64,000 bases of DNA from NCBI GenBank assembly GCA_947458785.1, contig CANGZU010000001.1, positions 4,269-68,268 of the forward strand, written 5' to 3'. The stretch comes from Ignavibacteria bacterium (lineage in GTDB: Bacteria > Bacteroidota > Ignavibacteria > Kapaibacteriales > Kapaibacteriaceae). Made by a program: the position numbers and the translations under genes. The notes beneath the pieces were generated by a model, which saw nothing but the letters and a program-made list of their open reading frames with translations, did no database searches and was not told where the DNA came from. This document shows positions 58,141 through 64,000 of this stretch, piece by piece (within the stretch, counting starts at the first letter, position 1; every line of letters begins with the position of its first letter).

Positions 58141-58536
58141 TTACCAGATTGTGCACAACACTTCGCCACCAACATTTTCACGGCGCGCTTGTTTGTCTGT
58201 CATTACGCCCCGAGGCGTAGAAACAATTGCAATGCCGAGACCGTTGCGTACGCGCGGCAGCTTGTCTACTGCAGCGTAAATGCGGCGCCCAGGCTTACTC
58301 ACACGATGAATCTCTCGGATCACCGGCTGTCCGTAATAGTAGCGCAGCTTCACCGTCAGAACACCCTGCTTGCTATCGTCCGCATGAGTAAAGTCTTGGA
58401 TGTAACCTTGATCCTTAAGGATCTCAGCAATGGCTGTCTTAAGCTTCGATGCAGGGATTTCCACGGTCTTGTGCTTTGCAGCGGACGCATTGCGAATGCG
58501 TGTGAGGAAATCTGCTATGGTATCTGTGACTGGCAT
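58141..58536 (-). CDS. rpsH: 30S ribosomal protein S8
   Basis: DTIADFLTRIRNA motif. Confidence 0.95.
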   Translation of the reverse strand: MPVTDTIADFLTRIRNASAAKHKTVEIPASKLKTAIAEILKDQGYIQDFTHADDSKQGVLTVKLRYYYGQPVIREIHRVSKPGRRIYAAVDKLPRVRNGLGIAIVSTPRGVMTDKQARRENVGGEVLCTIW

Positions 58537-58578
58537 ATTCGTCGTCGTTGGTCGTGTTCGAAAAAGTGGCCGGATTGA

Positions 58579-58848
58579 TTACCAACTGGCCTTGCGCATA
58601 CCTGGAATCTTGCCTTCAAGTGCAAGAAGACGGAACATATTTCGGCAGAGACCGAACTTACGGTAGACCCCTTTGCCACGCCCTGTGATGAGGCAACGGT
58701 TGCGTACCCGCGTAGGTGAACTGTTGCGTGGGAGCTTTTGCAAACCTTCCATGTCTCCAGCCGCCTTGAGCGCAGCACGACGTTCTGCGTACTTAGCAAC
58801 CAGTCGGATGCGCTTGTTGTTGCGAGCGATAATCGATGTTTTCGCCAT
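58579..58848 (-). CDS. rpsN: 30S ribosomal protein S14 (long, non-zinc type)
   Basis: 89 aa S14. Confidence 0.9.
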   Translation of the reverse strand: MAKTSIIARNNKRIRLVAKYAERRAALKAAGDMEGLQKLPRNSSPTRVRNRCLITGRGKGVYRKFGLCRNMFRLLALEGKIPGMRKASW

Positions 58849-58869
58849 GACTCTTCTCGTTATTCTCTA

Positions 58870-59493
58870 TTAGTCGCGTTTACGGAATGGGAAGCCAAAC
58901 TCTTGAAGCAATGCGTATGCTTCCTCATCAGTCTTGGCGGACGTCACAAATGTGATATCCATGCCTTGGATCTTTGATACCTTATCGACGTCGATCTCAG
59001 GAAAAATGATCTGTTCCTTGATACCGATCGTGTAGTTACCGCGCCCGTCAAAACTCTTATCAGAGAATCCACGGAAGTCACGAATACGCGGAGCGGCAAT
59101 GTTGATGAACCGGTCAAGGAACTCATACATGTGCGCACGACGCAACGTTACACGTGTGCCGATGGGCATGCCCTCGCGAAGCTTGAAGTTCGCGATCGAC
59201 TTGGTCGCACGCGATACGGCTGGGCGCTGACCAACGATGAGCTCAAGTTCGTTTACTGCAGACTGCAGCATTTTAGTGTCCTGCGTTGCAGCTCCCACAC
59301 CGATGTTAATCGCGATTTTCTCAATACACGGCACCTGCATGATGCTCGAGTAATTGAATCGCTTCATCAGTGCTGGCACTACACTCTCCTTGTAGAAGGC
59401 ATGCAACCGTGCTGGTACCCGAACGTCTTCGATGTCCTCGATACGTGGGCCTTCCGGCTTGAATTGATCCCTTTTTGACGTTGTCTTAGCCAT
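58870..59493 (-). CDS. rplE: 50S ribosomal protein L5
   Basis: conserved L5 sequence. Confidence 0.95.
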   Translation of the reverse strand: MAKTTSKRDQFKPEGPRIEDIEDVRVPARLHAFYKESVVPALMKRFNYSSIMQVPCIEKIAINIGVGAATQDTKMLQSAVNELELIVGQRPAVSRATKSIANFKLREGMPIGTRVTLRRAHMYEFLDRFINIAAPRIRDFRGFSDKSFDGRGNYTIGIKEQIIFPEIDVDKVSKIQGMDITFVTSAKTDEEAYALLQEFGFPFRKRD

Positions 59494-59524
59494 GATACGT
59501 GCGTTCCTTCGTCATTCGTCTGGT

Positions 59525-59854
59525 TTATTCTTCGTTCCCTGATTCTACAGCTTTCGCCTTCTTCGTGGCCTTCTTTGCCGCTGGCTTTGAGGCCTTTACA
59601 GAAGCACGATTCGGCTTGGAATCATACTTGTCCGCAAGTTGAACATTCGAGTAGTGGATCGGACCTTCCATCTCTATAATACCACCGTTCGGGTACTTTG
59701 GAGATGGACGTACAGCCTTCTTACGAATGTTGACACCCTCGACGAGGATCCGCATCGATGTTGGTTGTACCATTAGGACGCGGCCACGCGTTCCCTTGTT
59801 CTTTCCTGCGATGACGACAACTTCGTCGCCTTTTTTAATCTTCAGCTTCATCAT
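59525..59854 (-). CDS. rplX: 50S ribosomal protein L24
   Basis: KGDEVVVIAGKNKG KOW motif. Confidence 0.95.
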   Translation of the reverse strand: MMKLKIKKGDEVVVIAGKNKGTRGRVLMVQPTSMRILVEGVNIRKKAVRPSPKYPNGGIIEMEGPIHYSNVQLADKYDSKPNRASVKASKPAAKKATKKAKAVESGNEE

Positions 59855-59859
59855 ATACC

Positions 59860-60228
59860 TCAGAGCACCTCAGGTGCGAGAGAAATAATCTTCATGAATG
59901 CGCGCTCACGCAATTCGCGAGCTACCGGTCCAAAGATGCGCGTTCCACGAGGATCGTTGTTATTGTTGATGATTACGGCAGCGTTTTCATCGAAGCGGAT
60001 ATACGATCCATCTCGACGGCGGATCTCCTTCTTCGTACGAACGATCACGGCCTTTACGACTTCACCCTTCTTGACAGCACCTGTTGGCAGAGCTGCTTTG
60101 ACTGAACAGACAACGATGTCGCCCACGCCAGCATAACGCTTGCCATGGCCTCCAAGAACACGGATACAACGTATGCGCCGTGCTCCTGAATTATCTGCGA
60201 CAACGAGGTTGGTTTCCTCTTGAATCAT
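59860..60228 (-). CDS. rplN: 50S ribosomal protein L14
   Basis: [16 protein letters not shown] start. Confidence 0.95.
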   Translation of the reverse strand: MIQEETNLVVADNSGARRIRCIRVLGGHGKRYAGVGDIVVCSVKAALPTGAVKKGEVVKAVIVRTKKEIRRRDGSYIRFDENAAVIINNNNDPRGTRIFGPVARELRERAFMKIISLAPEVL

Positions 60229-60241
60229 GATTCATTCTCCC

Positions 60242-60523
60242 TTACTGCGCTCGTTCGATGATCTCCACGAGGGCCCAACGCTTACGGGCGCTCAGTGGAC
60301 GATGTTCGATGACCTTGACAACGTCGCCAATGTTGCACTCATTCTTTTCGTCGTGCGCCATGACCTTCGTTGTCTGTTTGAAGTACTTGCGATAAAGCGG
60401 GTGGGCTACTTGGCGCTCAATGCTAACCACAATAGTCTTATCTGCCTTATTGCTGACAACCTTACCAACGCGGACCTTGCGGCGCGATGCTGTTGCCTCT
60501 GTTGATGTCGTTTCTTCTGCCAT
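60242..60523 (-). CDS. rpsQ: 30S ribosomal protein S17
   Basis: [14 protein letters not shown] motif. Confidence 0.9.
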   Translation of the reverse strand: MAEETTSTEATASRRKVRVGKVVSNKADKTIVVSIERQVAHPLYRKYFKQTTKVMAHDEKNECNIGDVVKVIEHRPLSARKRWALVEIIERAQ

Positions 60524-60538
60524 GATATATTATCCGAT

Positions 60539-60745
60539 TCAGTTTGCGTTGCGAGTGCGCTGGTGAAGGATCGTCTTCATACGGGCGATGTCCTTACGGA
60601 GCGTCTTGATGTTTGACGAATCCTGCAATTGACCCAGTGCGAGCTGAAAACGCAGACGCGTAATGTTGTCTTCGCTTTCCTTGAGAAACGACTGGAGCTC
60701 AGTATCGGTAAGACCTACAAGGTCTTTTGCCTTACGTGCCTTCAT
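60539..60745 (-). CDS. rpmC: 50S ribosomal protein L29
   Basis: start refined to MKARKAKDL so that it abuts the rplP stop; ORF-track start 60784 would overlap rplP. Confidence 0.85.
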   Translation of the reverse strand: MKARKAKDLVGLTDTELQSFLKESEDNITRLRFQLALGQLQDSSNIKTLRKDIARMKTILHQRTRNAN

Positions 60746-60747
60746 GA

Positions 60748-61167
60748 TTAATCCTCCAAGTCTACGCGTTGGACAAACTTGCACTTGATAGGGAGCTTGT
60801 TGATCGCAAGACGCACAGCTTCTTGTGCACGTTCCTTCGACACTCCGTCAATCTCGAAGATGATACGACCAGGCCTTACTACCGCTACCCAGAATTCGGG
60901 ATTTCCTTTACCCGAACCCATTCGCGTTTCCGCTGGCTTCTTCGTTACCGGCTTGTCCGGGAAGATGCGAATCCACACCTTACCATCACGGCGTAGGTAG
61001 CGATTAATCGCAATACGCGCCGATTCGATTTGACGATTCGTGATCCAAGCCGCTTCTAGCGCCTTAAGACCGAAAGATCCAAATGCTACCGTCGATCCAC
61101 GATAGGCCTTGCCTCTACGGCGGCCACGTTGGGTTTTGCGGTGCTTAACTCGTTTTGGGATGAGCAT
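60748..61167 (-). CDS. rplP: 50S ribosomal protein L16
   Basis: [11 protein letters not shown] start. Confidence 0.95.
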   Translation of the reverse strand: MLIPKRVKHRKTQRGRRRGKAYRGSTVAFGSFGLKALEAAWITNRQIESARIAINRYLRRDGKVWIRIFPDKPVTKKPAETRMGSGKGNPEFWVAVVRPGRIIFEIDGVSKERAQEAVRLAINKLPIKCKFVQRVDLED

Positions 61168-61186
61168 GTCGTTGCCTTAGCCTGAC

Positions 61187-61834
61187 TTACTGTTCCTTGT
61201 TCTGTTGCTTACCGATCACATCGCCACGGCATATCCATACCTTGACGCCGATCGAACCATATACTGTCTCTGCACGGCTCTGCGCGTAATCAATGTCTGC
61301 ACGCAGTGTGTGAAGAGGCACGCGGCCTTCCTTGTACTGTTCCTGACGGGTCATGTCGGCGCCACCAAGACGTCCCGAACACATAACACGTACACCTTCT
61401 GCACCAACACGCATTGTGCTGCTGACGGCATTCTTCATCGCTCGACGGAATGAAATGCGACCTTCCAACTGTGCCGCGATGTTATCAGCTACCAACTGCG
61501 CATCCAGTTCCGGACGCTTGATCTCGCTGATGAGCACCTTGACTTCCTTCTTGGTAAGCTTGCGCAACTCTTCCTCAAGTTGTGCAATATCCTTACCCGA
61601 GCGACCAATAATCACACCAGGACGTGATGTGTTGATCGTTACACGAAGTTGCTTCGCTGTCCGCTCTACGATGATACGTGCTACACCGGCCTTTTTGAGA
61701 CGGCTCTTGATGTAGTTGCGCACCATGATGTCTTCTTGGAGCTTTTCTGCGATGTTCTTCTCATCAAACCAGTTGGCTTCCCACTGGCGGATGATTCCAA
61801 GGCGTAGTCCTATCGGATTTGTCTTCTGACCCAC
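61187..61834 (-). CDS. rpsC: 30S ribosomal protein S3
   Basis: MGQKTNPIGLRLG start and KH domain. Confidence 0.95.
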   Translation of the reverse strand: MGQKTNPIGLRLGIIRQWEANWFDEKNIAEKLQEDIMVRNYIKSRLKKAGVARIIVERTAKQLRVTINTSRPGVIIGRSGKDIAQLEEELRKLTKKEVKVLISEIKRPELDAQLVADNIAAQLEGRISFRRAMKNAVSSTMRVGAEGVRVMCSGRLGGADMTRQEQYKEGRVPLHTLRADIDYAQSRAETVYGSIGVKVWICRGDVIGKQQNKEQ

Positions 61835-61849
61835 GTGTCTTGACTCCGC

Positions 61850-62191
61850 TTACTGTTTCGTCGAAACGATGATGGTTAAATGATGTGAACGCTTACGAAT
61901 ACGATACGCGCGCCCCATCGGAGCTGGCGAAATACGCTTCATCGTTGGACCTGGGTCCACAAAGCATTCCTTCACGATGATGGACTCTGGATCAATCCCT
62001 TGATCCTTAGCCGTCAAATTGCTTATCGCCGACTTCAACGTCAACTGAGCAACTTCTCCAGCAGCCTTATCAGAAAACTGCAGAATATTCAGTGCTTCTT
62101 GAGCCGACTTGCCACGGATGAGATCAACGACCAGACGCATCTTGCGTGGTGAAGACCTATTGTAGCGTTTGATTGCGCGTGCTTCCATCAT
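61850..62191 (-). CDS. rplV: 50S ribosomal protein L22
   Basis: conserved L22 sequence. Confidence 0.9.
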   Translation of the reverse strand: MMEARAIKRYNRSSPRKMRLVVDLIRGKSAQEALNILQFSDKAAGEVAQLTLKSAISNLTAKDQGIDPESIIVKECFVDPGPTMKRISPAPMGRAYRIRKRSHHLTIIVSTKQ

Positions 62192-62197
62192 TCGTCC

Positions 62198-62485
62198 TTA
62201 CTTCTTGCCCGTTTTGAGATCTTTCCGGTTTCCAGCGTGCCCACGGTACGTACGAGTTGGCGAAAACTCACCAAGCTTGTGACCTACCATATTTTCAGTT
62301 ACGTAGACCGGAATGAACTTGTTACCATTGTGAACTGCGAAGGTGTGCCCAACGAAGTCCGGAGAAATCGTCGATGCGCGTGACCATGTCTTGATCACGG
62401 TCTTCTTGCTAGCTTCATTCATCGCATCAACTTTCTTGACGAGCTTGTAGCTAACAAAAGGCTCTTTTTTCAGTGAACGTGGCAT
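62198..62485 (-). CDS. rpsS: 30S ribosomal protein S19
   Basis: [11 protein letters not shown] start. Confidence 0.95.
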   Translation of the reverse strand: MPRSLKKEPFVSYKLVKKVDAMNEASKKTVIKTWSRASTISPDFVGHTFAVHNGNKFIPVYVTENMVGHKLGEFSPTRTYRGHAGNRKDLKTGKK

Positions 62486-62510
62486 GTTCTCTTAACTCCG
62501 TGATCCTGTT

Positions 62511-63347
62511 TTACGAATTGCGTCTGCGAATGATCATATCATCCGAAGCATTCTTCTTCTTGCGTGTCTTCAGCCCCTTAGCAAGCTGACCCCATGGTGA
62601 GCGAAGGTGCTTACGACCACCGCCCGATTTCGAACGACCTTCACCACCACCGTTCGGGTGATCGATCGGATTCATCGCCATACCACGTGTTTGTGGGCGG
62701 ACGCCCAACCAACGCATACGGCCTGCCTTGCCATAGCTAATGTTCTCGTGCGAACCATTGCTAACTACCCCGATGGTTGCCATACAGACTGATGGCACCA
62801 TACGAATCTCACCTGAAGGAAGCTTGAGTTGCGCTTTGTTCCCATCGATACCGACAAACTGCGCAGATGTGCCAGCTGAACGAGCCATCTGTCCGCCCTT
62901 GCCTGGACGCATTTCGATGTTGTGCACGACGTAACCCACAGGGATCTTCGTGAACGGCAAAGCATTTCCGTCCTTAGGCTCAGCCATCTCCCCGCTCATG
63001 AGCGTCTGGCCAACCTTGATCTTGTCCGGTGCGATGATGTAACGCTTTTCCCCGTCTGCATACTCCAGAAGAGCAATACGGCAGGTGCGGTTCGGATCGT
63101 ACTCGATTGTCTTGACCGTAGCGGCGATACCAAGCTTGTTTCGCTTGAAATCAATGATACGATACATACGCTTGTGACCACCACCACGGTGACGCGATGT
63201 TACGCGGCCAGTGTTGTTACGACCACCCGATTTTTTGATCGGCTCAAGAAGGCTCTTCTCAGGCTTCGACGTTGTGATTTCGTCGAAGGTACTGATGCTG
63301 TAGTAGCGCGTTCCCGGCGTGATTGGTTTGAGATTTCTCGTTGCCAT
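62511..63347 (-). CDS. rplB: 50S ribosomal protein L2
   Basis: conserved L2 sequence. Confidence 0.95.
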   Translation of the reverse strand: MATRNLKPITPGTRYYSISTFDEITTSKPEKSLLEPIKKSGGRNNTGRVTSRHRGGGHKRMYRIIDFKRNKLGIAATVKTIEYDPNRTCRIALLEYADGEKRYIIAPDKIKVGQTLMSGEMAEPKDGNALPFTKIPVGYVVHNIEMRPGKGGQMARSAGTSAQFVGIDGNKAQLKLPSGEIRMVPSVCMATIGVVSNGSHENISYGKAGRMRWLGVRPQTRGMAMNPIDHPNGGGEGRSKSGGGRKHLRSPWGQLAKGLKTRKKKNASDDMIIRRRNS

Positions 63348-63373
63348 GATAATGCTTCGTTAGTCTTCTTCGA

Positions 63374-63676
63374 TTATTCTTCGTTTCCTTCGCCAGAAAC
63401 GATGTCGATCGTCTGACCTTCCTTCAATGTCACGTAGGCCTTCTTCTTGAGGTTTGTCCTACCTACCTGTAACCCCTGACGCGTATTACGTGTCTTTACT
63501 TTGCCCTTTGTTCGGACGGTGCGAACACTAACGGCATCCACATCAAACATCTGCTTGATTGCAGCACGGATCTGGAGCTTGTTGGCATCAGGTGCTACTT
63601 CAAAGACATACTGGTTTTGATGTCCAACCTTCGTAGCCTTTTCTGTGATAAGGGGCTTGCGCAATACCGTAATCAT
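63374..63676 (-). CDS. rplW: 50S ribosomal protein L23
   Basis: conserved L23; 4-nt overlap with rplD. Confidence 0.9.
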   Translation of the reverse strand: MITVLRKPLITEKATKVGHQNQYVFEVAPDANKLQIRAAIKQMFDVDAVSVRTVRTKGKVKTRNTRQGLQVGRTNLKKKAYVTLKEGQTIDIVSGEGNEE

Positions 63677-64000
63677 TGTGCTCCTCCTTCATCGCCGAAT
63701 GACTTCGCAATTGTGTCGATAGCGCTTTTGAAGATCAGAATCTTCGTGTGATTCAGCACGTCGTAGGCAGAGATCTTGTCCGCAGGGAATGTCGTTACCC
63801 CAGCAATGTTGCGCGCAGAACGAACAAATGTCTCGTTAGCTGCCGGCAACAACACAAGTACCTTCGAACCACCGCACTGGACGGCGTTGAGCATAGATGC
63901 CACTTCGCGTGTCTTAGGTGCCGATAGCGTGAAATCTTCAACGACAACAAGGTTGTTTTCGCGAGCACGCAGCGTTAACGCTGACTTACGTGCAAGACGC
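63673..64000 (-). CDS. rplD: 50S ribosomal protein L4 (C-terminal part; gene runs off the window end)
   Basis: the reading frame stays open upstream of the ORF-track start to position 64000 and encodes the L4-like ...LVVVEDFTLSAPKTREV... Confidence 0.85.
   Translation of the reverse strand, partial: RLARKSALTLRARENNLVVVEDFTLSAPKTREVASMLNAVQCGGSKVLVLLPAANETFVRSARNIAGVTTFPADKISAYDVLNHTKILIFKSAIDTIAKSFGDEGGAQ

Noticed and set aside
59494-59524. TTCGTCATTCGTC upstream of rplE resembling the 21-bp repeat unit
   Set aside because: A single 13-nt match in an SD-containing spacer (AAGGAA before the ATG); probably coincidental
63673-63903. ORF-track start of the rplD fragment
   Set aside because: The reported M is an internal GTG (Val); the frame stays open to the window edge and matches upstream L4 sequence, so the gene is truncated by the window and not a 76-aa protein

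Overview
This 64 kb window comes from a roughly 55-56% GC bacterium, probably of the FCB group (Bacteroidota/Chlorobiota/Ignavibacteriota-like). The lineage call rests on several secreted proteins ending in T9SS C-terminal sorting domains and on a Bacteroidetes-style arginine cluster (GNAT-argG-argC-argF'-argB-argE-argH). The 3' third (about 50.8-64 kb, minus strand) is the conserved S10/spc/alpha ribosomal-protein cluster, running rplD (partial) through rplQ with secY, map, infA, rpmJ and rpoA. It lacks rpsD, and rplQ carries a repeat-encoded Ala/Pro-rich tail. It is followed by engB, purE and the arginine biosynthesis operon. Downstream of argH sits a low-GC island with a single Abi_2-type abortive-infection gene. 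The 5' 40 kb is mixed housekeeping and accessory DNA: panB, coaBC, rpoZ, an ABC-F ATPase, cdsA, a P-type ATPase, a CDF transporter, a His-ammonia-lyase-family (MIO) lyase with an ATP-grasp partner, an MFS transporter and an orphan LuxR-type response regulator. Two loci stand out. The first (1.6-6.8 kb, minus strand) is an arsenosugar-biosynthesis-like cluster: ArsS-like radical SAM, TIGR04282/DUF2064 transferase and an AhpD-like protein. It is fused to a predicted membrane electron-transfer trio (FAD reductase, polytopic 2x[4Fe-4S] protein, CrtZ-like di-iron hydroxylase), has an embedded tag gene, and lacks ArsM and TIGR04283. The second (20.0-23.5 kb, plus strand) is a candidate outer-membrane redox module. 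It comprises a Cyc2-like fused monoheme cytochrome-porin (signal peptide, then CxxCH, then beta-barrel), a small lipoprotein with a PSCyt1-like heme domain carrying an atypical CX4CH motif, a duplicated-domain lipoprotein and a Tat-exported stand-alone Rieske protein. The Rieske gene is preceded by a perfect 21-bp x4 tandem repeat array. Other sequence-level oddities are an in-frame palindromic heptamer-repeat element in the coaBC linker and a 3-hydroxyacyl-CoA-dehydrogenase paralog with a degenerate NAD-binding loop. All calls are made by eye from motifs and gene context; no database searches were possible.
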